A DNA stretch of 64,000 nt from an uncultured delta proteobacterium. GTDB taxonomy: Bacteria > Myxococcota_A > Polyangia > Palsa-1104. The first letter of the stretch is position 1. Each line of letters opens with the position of its first letter. Below the pieces are notes generated by a model. That model had not been told where the DNA came from, searched no databases, and was given only the letters and a program-made list of their open reading frames with translations. Positions 1 to 10,753 of the stretch are shown here, one piece after another. The position numbers were made by a program, and so were the translations under genes. The DNA lies in contig CAWAWS010000024.1 in NCBI GenBank assembly GCA_963785725.1, forward strand, positions 1 to 64,000, in the 5' to 3' direction.

Positions 1-501
1 GGCCAAAGGCGCGCCCGGGGTCATCATCGTGCGCCATCGGCTCGGCTTCGTCGTCGCCAACGCCGGCATCGACGCGAGCAACGCCGTGCCCCCCGGCGCG
101 GGCCCGAGGCCGGCCATGGGTCCTGCTCCTGCCGGAGTCCCGGATGGGTCGGCGGCGGCGATTCGCGATCGACTGGCCGAGTCGTCGGGCGCGCGCATCG
201 GCGTCGTCATCACCGACTCGTTCGGCCGCCCGTTCCGGCGTGGGCACCGTCGGCGCGGCGATCGGCGTCGTCGGGCTTGCCGCCGCTGTGGGATCGGCGC
301 GGCGAGGCGGATCTCTTCGGGCGCGCGCTCGAAAAGACGATCACGGCGCTCGCCGATCAGGTCGCGGCAGTGGCCGACCTCGTGGCCGGTCAGGCGGCCG
401 AGGGGCGGCCGCTGGTGCTCGTTCGGGGCCTGCGCTTCGATTCCGGCGATCACGGTGCCGGAGCGTTGTCGCGCAAGCCCGAGGAGGACCTTTACGCATG
501 A
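1..501 (+). CDS. cofE: Coenzyme F420-0:L-glutamate ligase, 5'-truncated by window edge, with apparent frameshifts near 240-280
   Basis: Fragments in successive frames: [82 protein letters not shown]...RKPEEDLYA*. Stop overlaps cofD start (ATGA 498-501). Confidence 0.9.
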   Translation, partial: GQRRARGHHRAPSARLRRRQRRHRREQRRAPRRGPEAGHGSCSCRSPGWVGGGDSRSTGRVVGRAHRRRHHRLVRPPVPAWAPSARRSASSGLPPLWDRRGEADLFGRALEKTITALADQVAAVADLVAGQAAEGRPLVLVRGLRFDSGDHGAGALSRKPEEDLYA

Positions 502-1417
502 GAGTCGTCGCGCTTTCCGGCGGCGTCGGCGGCGCTCGTCTGCTCGACGGGCTCGTCGCGCGCGCTTGCCACCGGGCGCGCTCACGGCCATCGTCAACAC
601 CGGCGACGACTTCGTGCACTCGGGCCTGAACATCTCGCCCGACATCGACACGGTCATGTACACGCTCGCCGGTCTCGCCGACGAAGAGCGCGGCTGGGGG
701 CTCGCGGGGGAGACGTTCGCCGGCCTCGGATGGTGAAACGCTACGGGGCGCCCGACTGGTTCGCGCTCGGCGACCGCGATCTGGCGACGCACTTGCTACG
801 GACCGAGGCGCTACGCGCGGCGCGCACGCTGTCGGCGATCACCGCGCGCTTGTGCGCGGCGCTGGGCTCGTTCACGCCGTGCTGCCGATGGCCGACGCGC
901 CCTGCCGCACGATGATCGAGACGGCCGCGGACGGCACGCTGCCCGTTTCAGCAGTGGTTCGTGCGCGGCGCGCCGAGCCGGCCGTGCGCGCGGTGCGCTT
1001 CGACGGGGCGCCGAGCCCGGCGCCGGGGTCGTTGGCGGCGATCGACGCGTGCGACGTTCGTGATCGTCGGCCGTCGAACCCGTATGTCTCGGTCGATCCC
1101 ATCCTCTGCGCTCGACGGCGTGCGCGATGCGATCGCCCGCAAGCCCGTCGTCGCGCTCAGCCCCATCGTCGGCGGCGCACGCGATCAAGGGCCCGCTGGC
1201 GACGATGATTCCCGAGCTCACCGGCGAGCCGCCGTCGGCGGGCGCGGTCGCGCGGCACTACGGCGGTCTGCTCGAGCGCGATGGTCGTCGAGCGCGGCGA
1301 CGAGGCGCGGTCGTGGCGATGCCCGTGCTTGCGACGTCGACGGTGATGCGGACGCGCGACGACCGCCTGCGCCTGGCGCGCGAGGTGCTCGAGTTCGCGG
1401 CGGGGGTGACTCGATGA
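498..1417 (+). CDS. cofD: 2-phospho-L-lactate transferase, several apparent frameshifts
   Basis: [81 protein letters not shown] motifs spread over different frames. Confidence 0.9.
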
Positions 1418-2024
1418 CGCCGTCTGGGCCATCGTGCCCGCCAAGTCGTTCGCGCACGGCAAGTCGCGGCTGCGCCGGCGTGCTCGAGACGAGGAGCGGG
1501 CCGTCTTTGCGCGGCGGCTCTTGGACCACGTGCTGGTGGTGCTCGCGGCCTGCGAGCTCGACGGCGTGCTCGTGGCGACCGGCTGCGACGACGTCGCCGC
1601 GGCCGCCCATGCCCATGGCGCCGACGTGTTGCGCGACCTCGCGGCGGGCGCCGTGCTGTCGACGGTCGTCGACGGCGGCTTGGCCGCGCTGGCCGCGCGC
1701 GGCGTCACGCGCGCAATGGTGCTCATGGCCGATCTGCCGCAGCTCGTCGCCGACGACGTGCGCGCGCTGGCTGCGGCGTTCGATCGCGCCGACGTCGTGC
1801 TCGTGCGCGCCGACGACGGCCTGCACACGAACGCGCTCGGCCTCACGCCGCCCGATCGGCTGCCGACGCGCTTCGGCCGCAGCGACAGCTTCGCCGCGCA
1901 CGTCGCCGACGCGCGCGCCGCCGGATTGCGCGTCGCCATCTTGGACAACGAGCGCGTCGCCTTCGACGTCGACGGGCCCGACGATCACGCGCGCCTGCAA
2001 GCCGCGCGCGCTCGCTCGGCTTAG
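1414..2024 (+). CDS. cofC: Phospholactate/phosphoenolpyruvate guanylyltransferase, frameshift near 5' end
   Basis: WAIVPAKSFAHGKSRL, VLMADLP, TNALGL, RFGRSDSFAAH, AFDVDGPDD; ATGA overlap with cofD stop; cofE-cofD context. Confidence 0.88.
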
Positions 2025-2121
2025 TCGCACCGCCATTCCGATCGTCCCGCGCCGCGCGAACCTGCGGACGATGAGCCGACGATTACTTTTACGACGCGCG
2101 TTGGCGCGATAGGCTCGCGGA

Positions 2122-2760
2122 ATGAGTGACCGCCTCAGGCTGCATTTGCGCGACTTGGGCGGACCGCTCATCGAGGCCTGGCGCCGCGAGTTTGCCGACG
2201 TTCCCTCGGTGACGATCAGCCAAGGCGACATCTTCTCGACCAAGGACGGCCCTGTCCTCGCCAGCGATCCCATCGACGTTCGCGCCGACGCCATCGTCAG
2301 CCCGGCCAACAGCTTCGGCTTCATGGATGGCGGCGTCGACGCGGTCTACACCTATCAGCTCGGCCCGCAGGTCGAGGAGCGACTGCGCGCGCTGCTCGCC
2401 GAGCGTCACGGTGGCGAGCTGCCCATCGGCGCCGCGGTCATCGTGCCGACGGGCCGCGCCGAGATTCCCTGGTGCATCAGTGCGCCGACGATGCGTGTCC
2501 CCGGTTTCGTCGGCGACTCGCTCAACGCCTACCTCGCCTTTCGCGCGGCCTTGCTCGCCGTCGTCGCGCACAATCGCGGCCGCCAGGCGTCGATTCGCAG
2601 CCTCTTGTGCCCCGGCCTCGCCACCGCTGTCGGCCGCATGCCGGTCGGCCGCTGCGCACGGCAAATGCGCGCCGCGTGGGATCGCGTCATCGCCGGCAAG
2701 CCGTTCATCCCGCGCTCGCTCGCCGAAGCCGCGCGAGACGAAGACGACCTCCGCGGCTGA
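2122..2760 (+). CDS. Macro domain (ADP-ribose binding/processing) protein
   Basis: QGDIF, ADAIVSPANSFGFMDGGVD, ISAPTMRVP, LCPGLATAVG; TAGGCT -10-like hexamer 6 nt before ATG. Confidence 0.9.
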   Translation: MSDRLRLHLRDLGGPLIEAWRREFADVPSVTISQGDIFSTKDGPVLASDPIDVRADAIVSPANSFGFMDGGVDAVYTYQLGPQVEERLRALLAERHGGELPIGAAVIVPTGRAEIPWCISAPTMRVPGFVGDSLNAYLAFRAALLAVVAHNRGRQASIRSLLCPGLATAVGRMPVGRCARQMRAAWDRVIAGKPFIPRSLAEAARDEDDLRG

Positions 2761-2856
2761 CCCACGCACGCGTCGATGTGCGCCAGGCACGCGCCGAGCG
2801 CCGGCCGTGCGCCGCATCATCGACGACGCCGTGCCCTAGGCCGACACTGAGCGCCT

Positions 2857-3771
2857 ATGCTTGCCGTAGTCTTTCCCTTGGCCTTCGCGTTGTCGCTGCC
2901 GCCCTCCGACGACACCAGCCGTTATCAGGTCGACTTCACCTTGCACGCCACGCCCGCGGTCGCGCACTGGCCGATCTCGGACATCGGCGATCAGTTCGAG
3001 ATCGGCGCCAACGCGCAGCTGCAGCTGACGCTGTTCGTGCAGCCCGTCCGCAACGACGATGCGCCGCCGTCGCTGCGGCCGTTCTTGCAGCGCGTGGCCA
3101 GCCTCAGCGTCGCCGTCGGCGCCGATATCGGCTACCACAACCTCACCAGCGATTCGCCCGAGCCCACTCAGCAAAGCTTCGGCGGCACCACCGTGCGAGT
3201 CTCCGCCGAGACCTACAGCCATCGCTACCTCTACTTGGCCGCCAGCGTCGGCTACCACTTCGAGCATTTATGGACGGATGAGGGCGGCTTCACCGACATC
3301 CACGAGCCATCGGTCGCACTCGCCATCGGCGTCCGCTTCGGCGACGTCCGCATCGCCGCGGTCGGTGGCACGACGATCGACGTATTCGACGACAACGTCG
3401 TCGTCTTGCCCTACGTCGGCCTGCGCGCGCACGCCGTCATCCGCCGGCGCATCGAGCTCGACGGTGGCGCCGCGCTGTTGCTGCCGGTCGGCGGAGAAAT
3501 CGGCGAGAGCTTCGACGCGTCGGCCATGTTCTGGCTCAGCCGTAACGCCGGCCTCGGCATCGGCGGCTTCTATCGCCACGGCGCGCTCGCTGTCCTCAAC
3601 GGCGAAAACGACAGCGAATACGGCGGCGCGGTCACCGCCAAGCTGTGGCTGCAGCCGCGCACGGCGTTGACGATCGGCTACAGCCTGCGCTTCGAGACGA
3701 GCGTGGCCGACGACTCGGACGAATCGCGCACCGACCACCAGGTCACGCTCGGTCTCACGTTCCGTCAGTAG
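2857..3771 (+). CDS. Exported hypothetical protein, probable outer-membrane beta-barrel
   Basis: Signal-like N-terminus, alternating amphipathic beta-strand pattern, C-terminal VTLGLTFRQ resembling a beta-signal. Confidence 0.6.
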   Translation: MLAVVFPLAFALSLPPSDDTSRYQVDFTLHATPAVAHWPISDIGDQFEIGANAQLQLTLFVQPVRNDDAPPSLRPFLQRVASLSVAVGADIGYHNLTSDSPEPTQQSFGGTTVRVSAETYSHRYLYLAASVGYHFEHLWTDEGGFTDIHEPSVALAIGVRFGDVRIAAVGGTTIDVFDDNVVVLPYVGLRAHAVIRRRIELDGGAALLLPVGGEIGESFDASAMFWLSRNAGLGIGGFYRHGALAVLNGENDSEYGGAVTAKLWLQPRTALTIGYSLRFETSVADDSDESRTDHQVTLGLTFRQ

Positions 3772-3781
3772 GCGGTAGCGG

Positions 3782-5049
<1,268 letters not shown>

Positions 5050-5053
<4 letters not shown>

Positions 5054-6261
5054 GCCACGCTCCTGACCATCGACTGCGCGAGCTGCGACGGATGCGCGAT
5101 CGTCGCCAGCCGCGCTTGTACGCGACGCGTGGGCGCGCGCAGCCGCTCGTCGAGAAAGGTGCGATCGTCGACGTAACGATCGTAAATCGGCGGACGCGCG
5201 CGCAGCGCAAATCCGGCGCGCTCGCAGTCGCCGAAGAGCGCGTCGAGGTGCGGCCACGGATGGCGCGGATTGATGTAGTCGGGCGTCACCGGCGAGATGC
5301 CGCCGAAGTCGTTGATGCCGGCCGCCAGCAGCGCCGGCGCGCCCGCCGGATTCAGGTTCGGCGGCGCCTGCAGCGACACGCTCGCGTCGAGGATCAGGCG
5401 CGCCAAGGCCACCGAATGCGTCACGTCCGCTTCGTCCGGCTCGTCGACGTCGGCCATCGGTACGCCTTCGACCGCGCGGAAGTTCTGCACGATCACTTCT
5501 TGGATGTGCCCGTGCGCGCGATGCAGCTGCCGAATCGCCAGCAAGCTCTCGATGCGCTCGCGCCGCGTCTCGCCGATGCCGATCAGGATCCCCGTCGTGA
5601 ACGGAATCGCCAGTCGCCCGGCGGTTTCGATCATGTCGAGCCGGCGCTGCGGCCGCTTGTCGGGCGCGCGATGGTGCGGCATGCCCGGCTCGCATAAGCG
5701 CGGGCTTACATTCTCGAGCATCAAGCCCAGGCTGACGTTGACCGGCCGCAGCCGAATCATGTCCGCCTCGCTCAAGATGCCGGCGTTCGTGTGCGGCAAG
5801 AGCCCGCGCGCCAGCGCCGCTTCCGCCGCCGCGAACAGGTATTCGACCGTGCTGTCATGGCCGAACGTCGCCAGCGTCTTGCGATAGGATTTGAAGCCCG
5901 ACTCCGGCTTGTCGCCGAGGCAGAACAGCGCCTCGGCGCAGCCTTGCGCGTGCGCGCGATCGAGCCAGTCGTCGACTTCGGACGGCCGCATCGTCCACTC
6001 GCCGTCGTCGCCGGGCGAGCGGCGGAACGAGCAGTAGTCGCAGCGATTGCGGCACAGGTTCGTCAGCGGCAGGAACACTTTGGGCGAGAACGTCACGCGC
6101 CGTCCGAACGCGCGATCGCGCGCCGCCGCCGCCGCCGCGCACAACGCCGGCAGCGCGTCGGCCGGCGCGTCGGCGAGCAGGAGCGCGTGCTCATCGGCGA
6201 GCGGCACACCGTTGGCCGCGTTGGTGAGCGCGCGCTCGAGCTCGTCGTCGAGCCTGGCCAT
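5050..6261 (-). CDS. cofG: FO synthase subunit CofG (radical SAM)
   Basis: VTFSPKVFLPLTNLCRNRCDYCSF, LLPHTNAG, SLGLMLE, PFTTGILIGIGE, HIQEVIVQNF, LQAPPNL, GINDFGGISPVTPDYINP. Confidence 0.95.
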
Positions 6262-6263
6262 CG

Positions 6264-6671
6264 TCAGCCCATGACCGAGACGGACTGCGGCTCGATCTCG
6301 TAGATCACGCGCACTTCACCCGGCTGACCCCACGGATACTTGTCCTTGTCGATGTACTTCTTGGCCAAGGAATCGATGTGCGCCTGCGCGCCGTTCTCGG
6401 TCTCGCTCGCGACTCGCCCGCGAATCTGAATGTGACGATAGGGATTCTCGGGATCGAGGATCGACAGCGCCACGTGCGCATCGACCTTCATGTTCTTGTC
6501 CTTGACGCGACCGCGCGCCGTATTGACGCGGATCTTACCGCCCGTGTAATCGAACCAAACCGGTGTCACCTGCGGCGTTCCGTCGTGCATGACGGTCGCC
6601 AGATGCGCGAACGTCTTCTTCTTCGGGTCGACCAAGTCCACGTACTTGTCCGGGATCGTCGTCGTCGCCAT
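6264..6671 (-). CDS. PPOX-class (split beta-barrel) F420-dependent oxidoreductase
   Basis: AHLATVMHDGTPQVTPVW, NTARGRVKDKN, DPENPYRHIQIRG, HIDSLAKKY; directly upstream of cofG. Confidence 0.9.
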   Translation of the reverse strand: MATTTIPDKYVDLVDPKKKTFAHLATVMHDGTPQVTPVWFDYTGGKIRVNTARGRVKDKNMKVDAHVALSILDPENPYRHIQIRGRVASETENGAQAHIDSLAKKYIDKDKYPWGQPGEVRVIYEIEPQSVSVMG

Positions 6672-6795
6672 CGGTCACCTCGCGAGGCCAGAAGGTAGCA
6701 CCACGATTGGCCGCCGTCATGTCGCGCGCCACTTGGCAGAAACTGTGGGCATCATGTCATTGCAGCCAACCGCCGATCGCCCGATGATCGACCGC

Positions 6796-7497
6796 ATGCG
6801 CCACATCGGAATGCTGATCTTCGATGACGTCGAGGAGCTCGATTTCGTCGGTCCCTGGGAGGTCTTGGGCTACGCCAATCAGCTGAGCGGCCGCGACAAG
6901 CTGCTCACGATCGCCGAATCGACGCGTCCGATCCGCTGCGCCAAAGGGCTCACGATCGTGCCCGACGTCGCGCTCGCCGACGCGCCGCCGCTCGACGTCG
7001 TCCTCGTGCCCGGCGGTCGCGGCACGCGCCGCGCCGTGCACGACGCGCCGCTGATGGCGTGGCTGCGCGGCGCCGCGGCGACGGCCACGTGGGTCACGAG
7101 CGTCTGCACCGGCTCGTTGCTCTTGCACGAAGCCGGACCGGCGCGCGGCAAGCGCGTCACGACGCACTGGTCGTTCGTCGACGACTTGCGGAAGCGCGGC
7201 GACATCACCGTCGTCGACGACATGCGCTTCGTGCGCGACGGCAACCTCGTGACGGCCGCCGGCGTCTCGGCCGGCATCGACATGGCGCTGTGGCTCGTCG
7301 GGCAGCGCGACGGCATCGAGCTCGCGCGCCGCGTGCAGCGCGGCATTCAATACGAACCGGCACCGCCCTACACCGCCGAGATCTCGACTAAACGACCGCA
7401 AGCTGTCGCGAAATCGTCGCATCGTAAAGCTTCGGTAAAGGGTTGGATGGACCGCAAACGAGCGCCGTCTCAGCAGGCAGGAGGACGGAAATGCTGA
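6796..7497 (+). CDS. DJ-1/PfpI family protein (isonitrile hydratase-like); 3' end uncertain
   Basis: LIFDDVEELDFVGPWEV, VLVPGG, SVCTGS nucleophile elbow, TAAGVSAGIDMAL, QYEPAPPY. The tail after ~7385 may be a frameshift read-through. Confidence 0.88.
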   Translation: MRHIGMLIFDDVEELDFVGPWEVLGYANQLSGRDKLLTIAESTRPIRCAKGLTIVPDVALADAPPLDVVLVPGGRGTRRAVHDAPLMAWLRGAAATATWVTSVCTGSLLLHEAGPARGKRVTTHWSFVDDLRKRGDITVVDDMRFVRDGNLVTAAGVSAGIDMALWLVGQRDGIELARRVQRGIQYEPAPPYTAEISTKRPQAVAKSSHRKASVKGWMDRKRAPSQQAGGRKC

Positions 7498-7733
7498 CCA
7501 AGATGGCTCTGGCTGCTCTGGTGGCGACGGTGGGCGTGGGCGCGATGGCGACTCCGGCTTCGGCGCAAGAGCGCGGCGGCTTCGGCGGCGAGCGCGGCGG
7601 GTTCAGCCGCGGTCACGAGCGCGGCGGCGAGTACGGTCGGCGCGGCGGCGGCTTCGAACGCGGGCGCGGCGGCGAGCGCGGCTGGGGTCACGCCAGCTAC
7701 GGCTACGCGCCGGGCCGCGGCTACTGCCGCTGA
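7491..7733 (+). CDS. Small secreted Gly/Arg-rich (RGG-repeat) protein
   Basis: GGAGG RBS; signal peptide ending ASA; repeated ERGG units; ends YGYAPGRGYCR. Confidence 0.7.
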   Translation: MLTKMALAALVATVGVGAMATPASAQERGGFGGERGGFSRGHERGGEYGRRGGGFERGRGGERGWGHASYGYAPGRGYCR

Positions 7734-7784
7734 GCACTCCGCCGCGACGTCGTCCTGACGTCGCGCCACGCAACCAACGTCAAA

Positions 7785-8201
7785 TCACGCGAAGTGTAGC
7801 GGCGCGAGCGCTGGGTCCGACGACCTGACGCTCGCGTCGCGCATGGCGGCCGCGGCGTGCACGTAGTCGCGGATCATGCGCAGGTGCCGCGCGGCGGCCG
7901 CGACGAGGCGCACGCCGGTCGCGCGCACCGGCCGCGCCGGCTCGCCCGCGCGCAGCTGATCGAAGCAGACTTCGCCTTTGGCCCACACGATCTCATCGAC
8001 CTCGGGGATCTCGAACTCGAGCTGCACGATGCGGCCTTCGCGGCGGCCACGCAGCGGTCGCTCGAGCCGCAGCCCGCGCTCGGACAGGTCGACGACGAGG
8101 GCGAATTGATCCTGCTCGCCGACGACGGCGTTGCACAGCGAAGCCACCGGAACACGCGGAAACAGACGGGATCCAAACAGTTGTTCACGCATGTAGGACA
8201 T
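7785..8201 (-). CDS. PilZ domain protein
   Basis: RLFPR (RxxxR) and DLSERG (DxSxxG) c-di-GMP-binding motifs. Confidence 0.8.
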   Translation of the reverse strand: MSYMREQLFGSRLFPRVPVASLCNAVVGEQDQFALVVDLSERGLRLERPLRGRREGRIVQLEFEIPEVDEIVWAKGEVCFDQLRAGEPARPVRATGVRLVAAAARHLRMIRDYVHAAAAMRDASVRSSDPALAPLHFA

Positions 8202-8302
8202 TGTATTGAAATGTCGGCGAGACGCAAATTTCCGGTTCGCAGGTGGAGGGCGAAGGCAGGCTGTTCTCAATTGGCGACGGGAGCTGATTGAGAACAGCCC
8301 CT

Positions 8303-8875
8303 CTAGTTGGCCGGGCTGCCCGTCGTGTGCGCGACGAGCGCGGCGCGCACGCTCTCCTCGACGCCGAAGAGGTAGTTGGACGACGCGCGGCCGTGGTGGC
8401 AGGAGCTGCACTCGGCGAGCGGGCCCCACTGCGACACGCCGTTGGCCTGGACGGGCTGGCCGTTGGTGTCGGTGACGGCGAACATGAAGTCACCCGCGGT
8501 CGGGTTGTAGCCGGACTTGCACTTCATGAGCGTCGTCAGCTGCGTGACGTCGCCGGCGGCATCGCTGACCTCGCGCACGACGACGCCGCCGACCGGGAAG
8601 CCGTCGCCGCCGGTCATGCTCTCGGGCGTGACGGTCGCGTAGGCCGCGGCGGCCGCGTTCGAGACGTACATCGTGATGAAGCTGCCGGGCGTGAGCGTGC
8701 TCTCGTACGGTTTGGGGTCCATCTGCACGAAGCCGCCGCCGCGATATTGAGCGGTCGCGAGCATCGAGCCCAAGGTCGTCAGGTCCGCGGTGCCATCGGC
8801 GGTCGCAGACGACGTCCACTGCGGAACGCAGCCCACGCACGTCGTGAGGAGAAGAAGCACCAGGCTCACCTGCAT
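8303..8875 (-). CDS. Cytochrome P460/c'-beta family lipoprotein
   Basis: Lipobox-like CVGC; ITMYVS, FPVGGVVVREV, LMK, GYNPTAGDFMF, C-terminal CSSCH heme motif followed by NYLF. Confidence 0.75.
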   Translation of the reverse strand: MQVSLVLLLLTTCVGCVPQWTSSATADGTADLTTLGSMLATAQYRGGGFVQMDPKPYESTLTPGSFITMYVSNAAAAAYATVTPESMTGGDGFPVGGVVVREVSDAAGDVTQLTTLMKCKSGYNPTAGDFMFAVTDTNGQPVQANGVSQWGPLAECSSCHHGRASSNYLFGVEESVRAALVAHTTGSPAN

Positions 8876-8912
8876 CGCGGTCGCTCGAAAGGTCATCACG
8901 CCGCGGACTCTG

Positions 8913-8928
8913 TGCAACCGATGTTCCA
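8913..8928 (-). promoter_or_regulatory. Putative sigma-54 promoter of the P460-family gene
   Basis: Minus strand TGGAACATCGGTTGCA, GG-N10-GC, about 38 nt upstream of ATG. Confidence 0.6.
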
Positions 8929-9154
8929 GCCCGCGAAAGCGCTGCGGCAGGCCGATTTCTCGCGGTTTCAGAGGCTCATCGCCGGCGCTGACAAACTCCG
9001 TTGACTGGGCGCGTTGTAGTGCTCGGACCCCGATGTGGTGAGTGCCCCACTGAGCACGCGAATGAGCACACGGCAGACGCGGTGCATAAGCTTGAATCAG
9101 TGGGCAGTTTGCGCGAGTCTGGTGCCACTTTCGGGGGGCACTTTTGGGAGGCGA

Positions 9155-10672
9155 ATGCCGAACCAGGCCGAGCTCACGACCAACATCTTGGTCGTCGACG
9201 ATAACCCCGCCAATCTGACCGCGGTCGGCGCTGTTCTGGAGCCGCTCGGGCAACGCGTCGTGCTCGCCAAATCCGGCGAGGAGGCGCTGCAGCAGCTGCT
9301 CATGGGCGACTACTCCGTGGTGCTGTTGGACGTGATGATGCCGGGCATGACCGGCTTCGACGTCGCGCGCATGATGCGTGCGCGCGAACGCACGAAAAAT
9401 GTGCCGATTATCTTCTTCACGGCCAAGGAGCCCGATCCGCGCGACGTCGTCCAAGGCTACTTGCACCGCGCGTCGGACTATTTGGTCAAGCCGTTCGATC
9501 CCGATGTCTTGCGCGCCAAAGTCTCGGTGTTCGTCGACCTGTTTCGTGCGCGCGAGGCGGCGCAGCAGCTGGCGCGCGAGGAGGAGCGGCGGCGCCAGGC
9601 CGAGCACGAGCGGCGCCGGCTGTACACGCTGCTCATGCGCGCGCCGGCAGCGGTCGCCGTCATCGCCGGGCGCGACCAGCTGTTCGAGCTCGCCAACGAG
9701 CGCTTCTGCAAGCTGTTCCGCCGCACGGATTTCGTGGGCAAGCGGCTCGTCGATCTCTTCCCGCAGCCGGAGGCGACGCCGCTGTTGCAGCTGCTCGCCG
9801 ACGTCTACAAGCGCGGCGAGCCGTTCTCGGGCACGGAGCTCGAGCTGCAGCTGCGCCGCAACGGCGACGGCGCGCTCACCGCCGGCTACTTCGACTTCAG
9901 CATCGAGATCCTGCGCGACGACGACGGCCACGTGCGTGGCCTCATGGGCGCGGTGACGGACGTTACCGACTACGTCAACGCGCGCCGCATCCGCGACGAC
10001 TTCTTGGGCATCGCCTCGCACGAGCTGAAGACGCCGTTGACGACGCTGCGGCTGACCGCCGACGGCATGGCCAACGCGCTCGCCAAAGGCAACGCCAGCC
10101 CCGAGCGCATGCAGTCGAAAGTGGCGGTCATTCGTAAACAGCTCGGTCGCTTGGAGCGGCTGATTCACGACCTGCTCGACGTGTCGCGCATCGCGGCGGG
10201 GCGCTTGCCGTTGATGCTCGAAGAGGTCGATTTGAGCGGGCTGGCGCAGGAGGTCGTCGAGCGGTTCGGCGAGGAGCTGGCGGCGGTCGGCTGCGTGACG
10301 ACGGTGCACGCGAGCAAGCCGATGGTCGGCCATTGGGATCGCATGCGGCTCGATCAAGTCGTCACCAACCTCATGACGAACGCCATGAAGTACGGCAAGC
10401 GGCGGCCGATCGAAGTCATCGTCGACGGCGACGACGAGACGGCGCGGCTGACGGTGCGCGACCACGGCATCGGCATCGCGGCCGAGCATCAGGCGCGCAT
10501 CTTCGAGCGCTTCGAGCGGGCGGTGTCGGCGCGCGACTTCGGCGGGCTCGGGCTCGGCTTGTGGATCATCTCGCGCATCGTGCAGGAATTATCCGGACGC
10601 GTGCACGTCGAGAGCGAGCTCGAGCGCGGCGCGGCGTTCGTGGTCGAGCTGCCGCGCGGGCGCAAGAGCTAG
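9155..10672 (+). CDS. Hybrid sensor histidine kinase (REC-PAS-HisKA-HATPase)
   Basis: ILVVDD..LLDVMMP..KP receiver; ASHELKTPL H-box; NLMTNAMKY, DHGIGI, GLGLGL; GGAGG RBS. Confidence 0.95.
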   Translation: MPNQAELTTNILVVDDNPANLTAVGAVLEPLGQRVVLAKSGEEALQQLLMGDYSVVLLDVMMPGMTGFDVARMMRARERTKNVPIIFFTAKEPDPRDVVQGYLHRASDYLVKPFDPDVLRAKVSVFVDLFRAREAAQQLAREEERRRQAEHERRRLYTLLMRAPAAVAVIAGRDQLFELANERFCKLFRRTDFVGKRLVDLFPQPEATPLLQLLADVYKRGEPFSGTELELQLRRNGDGALTAGYFDFSIEILRDDDGHVRGLMGAVTDVTDYVNARRIRDDFLGIASHELKTPLTTLRLTADGMANALAKGNASPERMQSKVAVIRKQLGRLERLIHDLLDVSRIAAGRLPLMLEEVDLSGLAQEVVERFGEELAAVGCVTTVHASKPMVGHWDRMRLDQVVTNLMTNAMKYGKRRPIEVIVDGDDETARLTVRDHGIGIAAEHQARIFERFERAVSARDFGGLGLGLWIISRIVQELSGRVHVESELERGAAFVVELPRGRKS

Positions 10673-10753
10673 CCGCGGTAAGTTTTCCGACGCCCGCCAC
10701 AAAACACGCGCGCGGGGCTTGAGACGAGCCCGCGCGCGCACATTTACTTCTCG

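Noticed and set aside
9071..9086. CGGCAGACGCGGTGCA as a sigma-54 promoter for the hybrid kinase
   Set aside because: The spacing fits, but both half-sites deviate from consensus, so it cannot be distinguished from background.
8876..10489. Long N-terminal extension of the 728-aa minus ORF
   Set aside because: It is the antisense shadow of the hybrid kinase; only the last ~190 codons look real.
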